This document shows, piece after piece, positions 1 through 12,804 of a stretch of 64,000 nucleotides of DNA. The position numbers were made by a program, and so were the translations under genes. Position 1 is the stretch's first letter, and each line of letters starts with the position of its first letter. The notes beneath the pieces are model-generated. The model was not told the origin of the DNA, did not search any database, and was given only the letters and a program-made list of their open reading frames with translations. The DNA is from Selaginella moellendorffii (lineage: Eukaryota > Plantae > Lycopodiophyta), in assembly GCF_000143415.4 (NCBI RefSeq), contig NW_003314277.1, forward strand, positions 1 through 64,000, given 5' to 3'.

Positions 1-550
1 ACAAAGTGCTCATAGGCGAATTGCTCGAACTTGATGTCCAGACTGAGTCCATCTGGTTGTATAATAAATCTCATTGTCAAGGTGAACAAGCCGAATCTGA
101 AGCTAAAGAAGAGTGATGGCATGCGCGCACACACTATTTGTTTGTTCATTGAGCGTGTGGTGAGCTTTCCAAGATGAACGTCATTCCTATTAGCCAGACA
201 TATCACTTAATGGTGAGAACATTTAGATATTATTCAATGTTATCTTTTTCTAACGAATCTAATTGTGAAGGTGTAGCAAGAGGCATTGCTAGTCTGGAGA
301 AGTCATTTAACTCATTTGACCCTTAGTGTATTTTCATGAAACTAAATAACATTCATATTATTAAGGAATTTCTCTAGTACCTTTTTTTTACGGCATAGAG
401 GCTTGCATTTCTTTCAAAAGGTGATTTAGTAAAAGGCCTGAGGGCACATGCCATTCTATTTCTCAGACCAGTATTAAGATATACTAGTGCAAAGGGAAAA
501 AGGTATTTGGTGATCAAGTAAATGGCATGAGGGCACACGCCATTATAAGC

Positions 551-910
551 CTAAGCGCTAGTGGACACCTCCTTTTTGGTACTCTCAGCGGTACTATCAT
601 CCTTCTCCGGGTCAGTTGTTTTGCTTTGGATTGTTGTCTCTGACGTTACTAGGGCGTTCTTGATAGTTGTTAATGTTGCCGTTTGTTCAGAAAAATGATC
701 ACCTGGAGTATAGTATGGGGAGTTTGGAAGACTTATATATTCTACATCTTCACCTATCTCCTTCTCCGTCTCCTTTTCTGCCTCACTTACAGATTTTGTG
801 CTTGCCATGAGAACGCTCTTCACCCTAAAATATGGAGTTCGTTGTGTTATAAAAGGAAACCAACACACACGCTGCAAGGGAATGATGGTACATAAAGCAC
901 GTAAGCCCAC
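551..910 (-). CDS. Short acidic/Thr-rich ORF or exon downstream of the transposase, function unknown
   Basis: Open in both element copies (39713-40072) and has an internal TTTTAG acceptor-like site. No recognisable domain. Confidence 0.25.
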   Translation of the reverse strand: MGLRALCTIIPLQRVCWFPFITQRTPYFRVKSVLMASTKSVSEAEKETEKEIGEDVEYISLPNSPYYTPGDHFSEQTATLTTIKNALVTSETTIQSKTTDPEKDDSTAESTKKEVSTSA

Positions 911-1088
911 AATATGGGTTTATGTGCCATTAATATGGGCCACATGCCATATTATTAGATTTATGCACGTGTGATTGGTAAATGCATATGTCACATCATC
1001 TCAGGCCACATGCCATCACGCCTCCTCTAATTCAGATTCAGATTGTTCACCTTGAAATAAAATACATTAGAAACTTAGTAAAGGAATA

Positions 1089-4000
1089 TTAATGAATCTC
1101 ACCTTGAACTCGGGTTATGAATGCTCTTGCTGCATCTCTTGCATGGTCTGGCAAGGTGATGGTGGCACTCTGCTTCCGCATCCAACCATGCACAACATTA
1201 TCCACCGATATGCTCATGCTGGGATCCCTTGGATTCAGCACCCATCTCTTTTCTAGGCAATCCTTCGTATATCTGGAACTTGGCTTGAACCACTCCACAG
1301 TTACATTGAAGGAGTTAGTTTCCGCGTCCTCCTCTGCATCAGTGATGCAGCACCCCACCCATATCATTTGTTTTTTATTACTGGGTCTGACAAGCACGAC
1401 CATTCCTTTGCAGACCTGTACTGGATTGAATGCTGAATCCGGCTTCTTGTTCCTCGGCCCACAATAGTGATCCTCAACATCGTTATCTGTCACTGCATTT
1501 CCAGAGGACATTGTTCCGCTACTATCTGGTGCTCTGGGTTCTGGCCAAAAGGACTCTTCCAATTCTTCATATACAACCGACCCATTTTGGATAGTAGATA
1601 TAATCTTCTCCCAGTATTCGAGCAAAGGCTTGCACCTCTGAAAATAGGATTCTCCACCAAACACCAACCCCCTCTTCCAGAAGGCAATTCCACTGGCAGC
1701 CACACTGTGTCCCATTCTCTCATCTTGTACTTCATCACTGGAGCACTGTCACGCATGCTGAAATGAAACTGAAGAGGCTTGGAGTGGCCAATCAGCGTTT
1801 TGGATCCGTCCCTGATGTAGCCTCTTACAAACCCCTTAAAGTCGGAACCTCTGTCAGAAGTGCAGCTTCAACAGTGCCTTTGATGCAATTTTGGAATTCA
1901 TCGTAGAGTTGTGGGAGGGTGAGGACATTGGATCACCAGAGGGACTCTGCCAGGTGACTGAACATGGCATCGACGTCTTCATGAGTGTGCCCAACCATGA
2001 GAAAGCCAAATGTAACCGTTTCAAATATGCCTTTGGCAACAAGCATCGCCAAGTACGCGAAGACGTACATGTTTTTGTTCTCACTGCCAGCATTGTCTGT
2101 TTGGAGCAGAGGATGGGGTGGAAGGCCACATCGGCCGCAAAAACTTCCTTGAGATTCTGCTTCGTTTGGATGAGGCTGTGCATTCACCGGGCGACCAGCC
2201 TCGTCGGAATGGCATGAGGCCTCACGTGATAACCCTACAATCTGACGGCCAACATATTCACTGGGATGGCATGGGGCCCCACGCGATACTGCAAGCCTTT
2301 GCTCCTCCTCCAGCTGAACCCTGTATGGGGTTCGATCGACAAGGGCCTTATGCAAGGGTTGGCCGTTCAGCTCAGTCTGCGCACTTTACAGAAACCTTAA
2401 GTGTTTTGCTAGGGANNNNNNNNNNNNNNNNNNNNNNNNNNNNNNNNNNNNNNNNNNNNNNNNNNNNNNNNNNNNNNNNNNNNNNNNNNNNNNNNNNNNN
2501 NNNNNNNNNNNNNNNCCACCCCATAGAGGTACAAAGAAGTTCCCATAGTTCTAGGCACCATGCCCATGAGCGATTATGCCAAACAGAGACACAGGCAGCT
2601 ACATGGATGAAGAGATTGCCTTGGGGGTAGGATTGAGTCGAGGTAAGCACGTCTTTTTCTGGTCCATTTTGTCGTGGATGATGCAGAGGTAAGAGTCAGG
2701 TCTCTCCATGGAGAGAATCCTGTTATGATAATATGCAGTCCTGCAGCTTCTCTGCTCGATGTTGTGGTCGAGCCGCCTTCTAACCAACATCTCTCGCTCT
2801 TGAGCGCTGCAAGAATTCTTCGACAAAGCCATTTTGATAGCAATGCACTCGTCACACTTTGAAAAGCTGGAGTACTTTCCTATACTCACATCCCTGAACC
2901 TGTTGCTCCACAATCTACTAAATCTAGATTGGCTCAGCTTCCTGTAGCCATTACTCTGGAGTTCCCGATTCACATCTTCCAATATGGCCCCCTTGGTATA
3001 CATGGAAGGAAGAACTCGCTGGGTGTCTCGAGTTCCATCTTCCAAGAGGCGGATTTTATGTGGTTGCTGCTCGCTACATGTCTCGACAAACCTTTTGAAG
3101 ATTGCCTCTCCATATACAACATGACCCCTGGTTTTGTGAGTACCGTCGTTCCCATGGACTGCCTGTTGAACCCTTTGTTCCTCGAACTCAGTTTTGATTC
3201 TGTAGAATGTGGTTCGAGGGACTCCATAAATGATTCTCCATGCCTTCATGCAGACCAAACCCCTCTGGAAGACCATGCCCCCCACCTGATGTTCTGAAGC
3301 ATCAACAGATGACCGTAATGCCTCATACACAAAATTGCGAGCTGCCTTCCAGGACAATGTCTTGTATCTTGCTCTCTCCTCTTCAATAGCATCCCAATCA
3401 GCATGTTGACAGCACCTCCTCTTGCAACAAGCAACTGTCGAGACCATTCGAACCTCCATCGCCATTTTCTGCCTTTTCGGTTCGTTGCTCAGATCCCTTT
3501 GGCTGCGCTTTAGGAAGGTGTACTTTCTTTTCCCATGAAGAGATGTTCTGTCATCAGTTGTAGTGGTGTTTGATTGTGAATCCTTCACATTCTCAAACAC
3601 TAAGTGCCTCAATTTCCACTGCACAATGCTTCCAATAGTCAGATTGTTTTCTTCTGTGTCAACAACCTCTAAAATCGCAACTCCAATATCATCCCAGCCC
3701 AATTCTTGATTAGCAACCGCATCTCTTGGATCGACAACTGTGGCTAAGCGCTCAGCTACCACCTCCCCCTCGGGGTTGTTTAGAAACACCTTCGCCTGAA
3801 TCCATGTAGCACGGTTCTTAAGATCCACGGAGGGAACATGCGTCGCACTTGCGCTATCCCCAACATCTGCTTTCTTCTGAAGATTTTTCAAGGCAACAAC
3901 AACATTTACCCCGACGACCATCTCTCCTCGTTCAATAGCGACCACATTCCCATCGAAGACAGTCTCTACTGATACAGCAGCATTGCCTTCCCCAAGCCTT

Positions 4001-4104
4001 TGACAGTGTATAACAAAGTTCCGATCCATAGACACAAGGGTCCCTTTTGCAACTCTCTTCCCACCATTCAAAATGTAAACCTTTTCCCCAACCCTGAAGG
4101 CCAT
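1089..4104 (-). pseudogene. DDD/E transposase (Sola1/DUF7869-like motifs) with two N-terminal TNP1/EnSpm-like repeats; disrupted
   Basis: Motifs CCKRRCC, VCMKAW..YG, FSKCDEC, IIHDKMDQKKT, LQTDNAGSENKN and FLMVGHTHEDVDAMFS. Has an in-frame TGA at 1933-1935, a frameshifting deletion near 1690 relative to copy 2, and an N gap. Confidence 0.8.
2416..2515. other. Assembly gap (100 N)
   Basis: Run of N; the homologous interval in copy 2 (~37617-37650) is only ~30 bp. Confidence 0.99.
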
Positions 4105-4292
4105 TCTGAAAGTGCAGAAAAGAAGTTAAGACCATACAAAAAATGATTGGAGAATGGCCTAAATCATAACATACCAAACAACCTCAATAGCATGAGGCCA
4201 CATGCCATTATTCAAACATGCTATTGACACCCATGTGAAATTTTGCATTCACAAAATTGGCATGAGCCCTCATGCCATTAGTGGTACCACTA

Positions 4293-4484
4293 ATGGCATG
4301 AGGCCTCACGCTATCTTTGGCCCCTGCTAGCCTGTTGCTATATTCCTTTTGCCTTGCTGCAACTGTATATATTTTTGTGTGCGTGACTAGTCACCCATAC
4401 AAAAATATATACAGTTGCAGCAAAGCAAAAGGAATATGGCAATAGGCTAGTAGGGGCCAAAGATGGCATGAGGCCTCATGCCAT
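4293..4484. repeat. 192-bp loopless foldback palindrome bounded by two 22-bp palindromic motifs
   Basis: Centre GTGACT|AGTCAC at 4388/4389; 6 mismatches in the 76-bp inner arms. Absent from copy 2. Confidence 0.9.
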
Positions 4485-5575
4485 CTTGATATACACACAG
4501 CTGCAGGCAAGTAAAAACATACATGACAATACGCTAGCCATGAAATCGCAAGGGCCCAAGATGGCATGTGGCCTCATGCCATTTCTAAATGTGGTCCTAA
4601 GCCATTCCATGGTGAACATACCAGGAAGCACAAGTGCCGAATATCAAGAGGAAGCGGTAGCCACACCAAAGACAGTGCCGCTCGCAACACCGCAACTGCT
4701 CGTAGCGCCGCTCGCACAAACTGCCACTCGCATAAACTGCCGCCCGCAATGGCGCTCGCAATGCCGCAACCGCTCGTAGACGCATAAACCACAGCCCACA
4801 ACGCCGCTTACACAAGCAGCGCTCACTGCACTCAGCGGAACCAAGAACACGGCGCACAAAAATGATAGACCTAGGAATGAGTTCGAGAATTCAAAAATAA
4901 CATACGCTTGAATGTCACATCAAATCCTCTGACAAACCAGATCTTATGATTCCTCTGACAAATTTCAAACTGAGTAGCTTCTAGACTTTGCTGTCGGAGG
5001 TTGAACTTTGTCACATCATGTCCTTGCCTCGATCCAGCTGTGCCATGTCAGTGATTCGAACTTTGCCATGCCATGTCAGCGATCCGCGCCAAGATTATTC
5101 GCCGTGTAAAGGAATAATTATGCTCTGTGTGTACATCCATTTATGGCAATATAAGGCCATATGCCATTCAAAGAATAATGCTAGTCGAGCATTTTTTGGT
5201 GCATTTTTGGGTTCAAAATTGCATGAGCCCACACGCTATAAAGTTTACCTGTACCAAAAATAGAAACAGCTTTATTTACTTGGGAATTTAAGTGGTTGAG
5301 GCATTTTTAAACTTACAAACACATGCCCTACTTACATTCCTTTGGTTGCTTAAAATTCAAAAATATTATAAACCTTTCTTTTTGCATTTTCAATGTTTTC
5401 AATTATGGTTTTTGATTTTTGCAGGACCAGCCTAGTAATCTATTTGCATCCCGTCATGTTTATAGCTAGCTTTCGTTTGTCCCCTTTGCTAGCCTGAGAT
5501 ACATCTGCTCGGCATCTGCCTCTTACAGCATTTGCCCAGAAAGGGCATCTTTCTTCACGCAGCATTTGCCACATG

Positions 5576-5608
5576 TTTAGGGTTTAGGGTTTAGGGTTTA
5601 GGGTTTAG
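5576..5608 (+). repeat. Interstitial plant telomeric repeat (TTTAGGG)4 plus partial unit, inside the transposon
   Basis: Read directly; copy 2 has 3 units plus a partial unit at 34949-34975. Confidence 0.95.
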
Positions 5609-6822
5609 CAATTCAGTAGCTTGATAAACATGCAAATACAGAACTTGATGCAAAATCCTTTGATATGTCACAATGCCCCTAGGACCATAAACACATTTCA
5701 ATAGAGAGGGTCCTTTCATTTCATAACTCTTTACATAGATCTTGGTGAAACCAGAGTTAGTGAAGTTAGTTTCTTGTGATCCCGCATCTGATTGTGATGT
5801 CCCTTTGCAATGTCGATGGAAAGGTCAATGCACACCAAACTGTAAAATCTTGGAGCAAAATAACGGTCGGATCTATGGCAAATGCCCCTGAAACATTGTA
5901 AGGCTCGTGTGGTCTCATGTGGTGTCCGATCGAGATGCTTCTTTGCAGGGTCATCAAGAAAGACATTGTATACCATTCTGTAAAATCTAGTTGCGATCTA
6001 ACAGTTGGATCTCTAGAAAACTCAAAACAATCTCGCGCGTGTCAGAATATCCTAGGAATATACTCCTATGTGCCCCTGAAAATGGCATGCGGCCCCACGC
6101 CATTCAAGAGATAATGCCAGATGACGCCGAGAATTTTTTGGTGCATTTTTTGGGTTCAAAATTGCATGAGCCCACACGCTATAAAGTTTATCTTTGCCAA
6201 ATAGAGAAAAGTTTATCTGTGTCATGTGAGGTAGTTACAGTCCTTTGTGCTCGGCATCTGCCTCTTGCAGCATTTGCACTGAAAGGGAATTTTTCTCCAT
6301 TCAGCATTTGGCCCTGAAAATGGCATGCGCCCACACGCCATTCAAGGAATAATGCCACAGGACGCCTGGATTTTTGGGTTTAAAATGTTTAGGGTTTTTT
6401 AGGTTTTTTCAAAATATTTTGGGTCCAACGTTTTTTGGGTTTCTTTGGTTCAAAATTGCATGAGCCCACACGCTATAATATTGATTTGAGAGAAAAATAG
6501 AAACAGATAGAATTTCTTTATTTAGCTGAACATCTGCCATTTTTCGAAATACAAGATGCTTTGGAATATCCAATCATGCATGGTATAAATATAGCGAGGG
6601 TATTAAATGATATCCCAATCATGATCTTTCTTTTGGATTTCGCGTGCATGCAGTCCGAGGAATGATGACGTTGCGGATTTCTTTTGGATTTTGCGTGCTT
6701 GCATGCGCGCGGCAATCCAGAAATTAATGGTGGCGCCCAAGTCTAAGGAATGATGACGTGGCGGGATTACCAACTGTTGTGACATTTCGCGCGTGTGAGG
6801 TTAGGTTTTGCATTTTGCTTCG

Positions 6823-7030
6823 TACTCGCGCTCGCACACTCGCGCTCGCGCTCGCATCACACTCGCGCTCACGCTCGCATCACACTCGCACTCGCGCTCG
6901 CATCACACTCGCGCTCGCGCTCGCATCGCGCTCCCACTCGCGATCACGCTCACTTCTCTACAGGTTTCTCGTGTGCATCGGCGTCCACTCGCGCTTGCAT
7001 CACACTTGCACTCGCATCGCGCTCGTGTGC
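6823..7030. repeat. CG-rich low-complexity repeat (CTCGCG/CTCGCA/TCACAC units) upstream of the cargo gene
   Basis: Read directly; shorter in copy 2 (~33885-34025). Confidence 0.8.
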
Positions 7031-7251
7031 ATCGGCGTCCACTTCAAGACACACCTAGTTTGTAACTTCGCCGCCAACTCCGCCGCCCACTCCGCCACCC
7101 ACACGCAGCCCACTTGGTGTCCCGGGAGATTTCAGCGCCACTCTCCAACTGTAAGTGGCAAAGTAGCCTTGCTGCTACGATCTGCTGCACACACAGTGCA
7201 CATTTGCCAGCGAGTCTGGCCTCAATTGTCACGGCCTCCATTTGGTTTCAA

Positions 7252-10200
7252 ATGGTAAGTCTTTTAGGCCAAGTAGAAAATGGCATGAGGCCACATGCCA
7301 TTCAGTAGCAACATTGGCATGCACCGATTGGGCTCTCGAGTGCAGTCCGGTTACAGATGGCGTGTAGCCTCACGCCATCTTAGGATGCAGCCTCAAGACA
7401 TCTGATGCAGTGGTGAATGGCGTGTGGCCTCACGTTATTTCCAGCTGCTAGCTTTTCATCTGTCAGCTCTAATTGTTGTGCATTTCTGAACAGGCGAGGA
7501 ATTGCGTTCTTCTTCCAGCCACTGTCAATGTGGATGCAGAGAAGGGGGAGGAGCTCACCAGTTGGACTTTCGGGATGGAAGGCGAGGATCTGATGCTGTA
7601 CAACACAGATGGTGGGAGAAAAGAATGCATGGGGATCCTCATCCAAGTGACAGACACTCCATGCAGTTCCATGCAAGAATATGGACTGGCACTTGTGGTA
7701 GAGACAGCGTCCGCCTTCAAGATCCACCTTGCACATCCTAGCGGCTTCCTGGAGGGGGGCAGCGGCTATGAGGAATTCCTAGAGGGAGCTAGGGAGAGGT
7801 TGTCCAGGAGGCCCACAATTTCAAAGACGCTGCGGGTCTATGAAGATCACATGGAATCCACGGACCTCACCTACGGCGATGTTCAAAAACTATATTCCAA
7901 CATTGAGCCGTTGAGAGTGCCTCCAGTTCGCGAAGCGAAGGGGAAGGGGGTCGATCTGGAAACTACCCCGAAGCAGAAAAGGGTGGTCAAGCTCAAGCCG
8001 ACGTCCGACTCTGCTGCTCCAAAAAAGAAGCTACTCGGTGATGCCATTGCCTCGGGTTCGAACACTACACCCACCAAAAAGAAGAGCTGCAAAGAGCAGA
8101 AAGAGCAAGAAGAGGTAGCAAAAATCGTCGCAGATAATAGTACTTGTTACTATTCCAACAAAGTATATACAATCGACGTGAGCCGTATTGACATCCAAAG
8201 CAAATACAACCACAGGCTAGTATCTGATGAGTGGGTGGAGAAACTGAAGCAGAAGATGCTGGCAAATCTAGTAACACCCGACATCGCAGACGTGATCCCC
8301 TACTACCAAACAATGAAGGGCGAGACGAGGTTTCCAAACATGATCAATAGGAAGGTGTTGGACGATCAGAACATCCGGTTCTATGCCGTCTCTGGGCAGC
8401 ATTCTAGCTTGGCGATGCAAGAGATAGTTGTGGATATTATGGTGGGCGAGGAGGTGAAGAAAGTCTTCAAGACAAGAGTTGTCCACCTGATAAAAGGCAA
8501 CTCGCCCCTCCGATCTATCATATCCATCTCCCACGCGCAGAATGTCAAGCAAGAAATGTGCTACAAATCGGGTCTGCACGAGACATTGGCACGAACACGG
8601 AAGCTCTGGGTTCAACTGAAGAAGCCACAAAAACCAGGACAAGGACGTGCACTAGCAACTAGCGCCTGGCAGGTAAGCCTCGTTGCATGTGGCATAGCAT
8701 GTGGCCTCACGCCATTTCCATTGCAGGAATTCTCGAGTCTTCTCTCGAAAACACTGGGGGTCAATGACACACTCAGCATCCATAACATTCTACTCGCGAC
8801 AAAAGTTGTTTTTGACAAATGGGTAGATGTGCTGAGGAGGTACCATGATGGGGAGTTGCTAAACTCAATGGGTGTGGAGGACGGCCGGAAGCCCAATGAT
8901 TTGAAGCTCAAGGCCTTGCGTTTCTTGCGGTCTCTAGACGACGACGACCTTCTGACAGTGGCTAATGCTCTTCTACGTGGTGAGGTAGTCTTCAACAAGA
9001 CCAAAATGACTCCCGGCCATATTGTGACATACGAGGACTTGTGCACGACTCTGAGAGCTCGTGCGCTATTGAAGGATTGGATCTTCGAGCAAGTGGCCGT
9101 GGAGAGGGTGAGCATCGACACCACGCAAGAGATGATGGAAGAGCTGGAGTTGTCAAATGAAGACATCGACGAGTACGTGAAGGGGGCCCCCAAGTTCATC
9201 GATCTGCAGCGGGATGCCACGAAAAGTAAAGCTGAGAAGTTGGATCAGTATCCAAATTTCATTAAGAGGGATGTTGACCACCAGCTTCAGAAACAGCTCG
9301 ACCCCGCAGCAGAGGTCTATCGAGAACCTTACCGGGTATACGTGAATTCGGATGAGGATCAAAGGTGGAGGAGCATCGTTTCCCGCGGAGATGAGCAGGT
9401 CAAGAACATCTTTTGTGTGATGGACTTCACAAACGAGGAGATCACTCATGCAGACGAAGTCAGCTCCATCATTGACTTAATGGTGGGACTTGCGGAGGTG
9501 GAATCTTCAGTCCACTATATGATCTACGACTCCGAATCCTATCACAAGTTCTGGAAGGTCTTGAACGAGGTGAAGGCTCGGTTGAAAGGCAAGGAGATGC
9601 GGGAGATCCATGGGATAATGGCTAAGAAGAAGATACCGACGAATGTCCGCATCTTCACACTCGCCCTTGTTATTGGTCCTTCCCAGCTTCGTTCGACAAG
9701 GCCGATCGAATTGATCTGAGGGAGGTCAATTTACCCGTGCCTGAGGAACTGAAGATGGCTATGGAGCTTTCGAATCCAAAGAAAGCTCCAGGTGCAGCAT
9801 GGGAAATGCTTAGCTGGGTCTTCAATGCAATAGCGGGTGACCGCAAGGGCAAATGCGTTGTCAAGTACAACTGCGGCGGACTATTCTTTCGAGCCGCACT
9901 ACTCAAGGGTGTCCCGTGTGTTGCGGTGACAAACTCCATTGAAGAGGTGACTTCAATGGAGCATATAATTATAGTTGCCAAAGAAAAACAGTATCTTCTC
10001 TGCGAACCTGGTGAGTACGCACTTTAAGTTTAAATGTTATCTCACAAGCTCTGTATGCAGGAGCGTGGCCACCCCCAGATGCTGAAACGGCGTTAATAGC
10101 TACTGATGTTAGGCCAAGCTCACAACCTGCACAAGGTAAGGTCACGTGAGGCCTCACGCCATTTTGATTATAGATCGTTGTGAATATTCAGACACGAGGA

Positions 10201-12804
10201 CTGAAAAGCGCACTGGTGGCGCGTCGAAGAAGGACAAACAGACAAGCAATAGGAAAAAAGGAGGTACAAATATATTTGCAATGGCATGTGGTCTCATGCC
10301 ATTCCTTGCAGGAGACACTTCTTCAAAGGCAAAACAGGCAAGCACCAGTCAAGCTCAAACTGACAGTGGTCATAAAAAGCGAAAGCACGTTGGACAGTCG
10401 TCGGGATCAGAGGCGTTTGATTCGAAAAGGAAGAAGGGCAACGAAAAGATGATAGGTAATGCCTCGCGGTTATGGAGTGTGTGCTCATGCCATTCATTGC
10501 AGATCAAGGGCTGAGTGAAAGGAGCCAGTCACCACCTCCTGACTCAGATTCCTATGGCGGACTCCCCTTCCCCAATCTCAATGGAGAGGTACAATGGATG
10601 AGGGATGCTTTTCAAGTCAGGGCCACGTTTTTCTCATCTCGTCGTCTTCGAAGGGTGCAAGAACGTGCAGAAACCATGTTAAGACAGTCGGGTGAGGATA
10701 TGGTCCTAGGTCAAGCACTGAAACAGGCTATGGATGTCTTGTATTTTGAGATGGAGACTCGGCCAGATGATTTTCCCAAGATGGTCCTGGAAAAACAAGC
10801 CATCCAGCCTGAGCAGCCTATGGAAGAAATGCAGGAGGGGGATGAGGAGCCAGAGAAAGATAATGAGCAGGAAGAGCAGAAGGACGAAGAGGAGGACAAA
10901 GAAGAGGAGGACGAAGAAGAGGAGGATGAAGAGGACTTGGATGGTCCTCACAATGGTGACGATCACAATAACGACGATGACGATGATGACGACGATGGCC
11001 AGCCTGAGGTGGCCAAAGAGCAGCGGAGGAAGGTCATACAAAACAAACCATCAGGTAAATAATAGTACATCCATTCCTAACCTTTTACCATTTCTAACAT
11101 TGTCCATGTAGGTTGCAGAAGAAATGGTAAGTAGAGATTATTCAGTTGAATTAAGATACAAACTCTAGCCTTTAGTGTCGAGGAAGGATAGTGCCAAGCA
11201 AGGGTCGAAACGTATGTCCAATCCTTCAGAATCAGCAGTGCGCCCAATAGCAGTTGATGGTAAATACAGTATAGTCGATTCAATGTGCTAATGAGTTTGT
11301 TTTTAGTAGCCAGTAGGGAGGATACCATCTCAATCGAAGGGAGATATTTGGACATGCATATGGATCCGCCAGTGGACTCTACTTGCCTGCAAGAGTCATC
11401 AGAGCTGGTGGAGGCTACTATCCATATCAACGCCAAGCAAGCTGACCACGCTCCACTTGATGTTGCCTATACCACTGAGTCAATCTTGTCCACGTATCCA
11501 ACTGACAGTGACCAGGTGCCATTGGACCCGCATGAGGCCGCCCCAGCCGCCGAGCCGGTCGTATCCTCATTTCCAACGGACTCAACGTGTGCCCAATCGT
11601 CTGACTACGCACCGTTGGAACCTCCCTACACCGCCCCTGCTGCCTGTTCGGTCATGTCCACTTTGCCAACGGAGGCACCAGCTGAAATGGCGTGTGATCA
11701 CACGCCATCGGAACCACCCCATGCCACTGTTGAGCCAGTTGTACCAGAGTCTACAGCTGAAATGGCATGTGCCCACACACCATCGGATGCGATTGACCCC
11801 ACATTGCAGAGGAGAGTATTTCCGCCCTTCACGTTTCCTCGACCAAAACCCTCTGAACGACCATCGGGAACACCATTCGCTAATATTGTAGATGGTAAAA
11901 TTGACTTGTACCATTTTTTATGCTGACGCATTTCATTTCAGAGTCACAGCGAAAGTACTGTATCGTTTTTGATCTGAACGGTGTCCTTTTCTCCCATGAG
12001 CGTGGCTCGTCCTCGAATGTCACTACACCCTCCAAAGCCTGCGGTCACAAGTTGGTCAAAAGAGATAGATTCACATTAATCACACGGGAGAAACTGCGGG
12101 ATCTAATAATGACCATGCGACACTTAAAACAGAGGGCCGGGTTCAATTTGCAATTGGGAGTTTGGACATCCATGATGCGCCACAATGCATTAATGTTGCT
12201 ACAGATGATGCACGATCAGACGCGAGTAATATTACCATTTGACTTTCTCCTAACGCAGGAGGATTGCTTGACTATGGTCCATGTGAGGGGTAGCAAGCCC
12301 ATCTTCGTCAAGCCAGAGGCTGTAGTGATGAACCGGACTGCTAGGTCAAGTGAAATCCTCATCATCGATGACTCGCCGATTAAAACTGCAGCGAACACAC
12401 ACACATATGCAGTGCACCCCATCTCTTGCAGTATGGAAACTAGGGAGAAGAAACCGTATGTTCTGGGGGACCTTGCAAAACGGCTTGAAGCGATGGTGAT
12501 AGAGAACCGGCCAGTCCAGGAGGTGGCTGCAGAAATCAACCAAATGGCAGATGGAACGGTATATCAGAAGCCATTTGATCGGACAGACACTAGTCATCAT
12601 TTATGGCATGTATATTGTTTAGCCAAGCACTATCCGCATCTCCATAATCTGCTCAACCGGATGGGTTCTTCGACCACTGAACATGAGCATGGACGTATTA
12701 GAGAAGAGATGGCATTACTATTGGGTTTAAATCCTGATAGTGTGGAGAGTGATGAAATTCCAAGATTATTGTATAAGCGTTGGAGGCAAAAAATAACAGT
12801 CTGA
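7252..12804 (+). pseudogene. Multi-exon transposon cargo gene (~1600 aa in consensus): ParB-like domain, degenerate beta-class DNA MTase-like domain, acidic/Pro-rich linker and FCP1/NIF-like HAD domain
   Basis: ATG at 7252 spliced (7255-7493) into the long ORF. ParB-like segment is YTIDVSRIDIQSKYNHRLVSDEWVEKLKQKM...FYAVSGQHSSLA. MTase-like segment is KAP..WEMLSWVF..KGKCVVKYNCGGLFFRAALLKGVPCVAV. HAD motifs are IVFDLNGVL, VWTS and IIDDSPIK. Short GT-AG introns (e.g. 8673-8726, 10136-10173, 10264-10311, 10456-10502, 11895-11941) join the ORFs in frame. A 25-bp frameshifting deletion lies near 9680. Confidence 0.7.

Noticed and set aside
5576-5608. True chromosome end or healed break
   Set aside because: Only ~5 units, internal, and present at the same site in both element copies.
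6758-7258. ORFs such as RTRARTLALALASH
   Set aside because: These are translations of a CG-rich hexamer repeat, and length and frame differ in copy 2.
10706-11111. Hydrophobic antisense and basic alternative-frame ORFs
   Set aside because: Shadows of the Glu/Asp-rich exon of the cargo gene.
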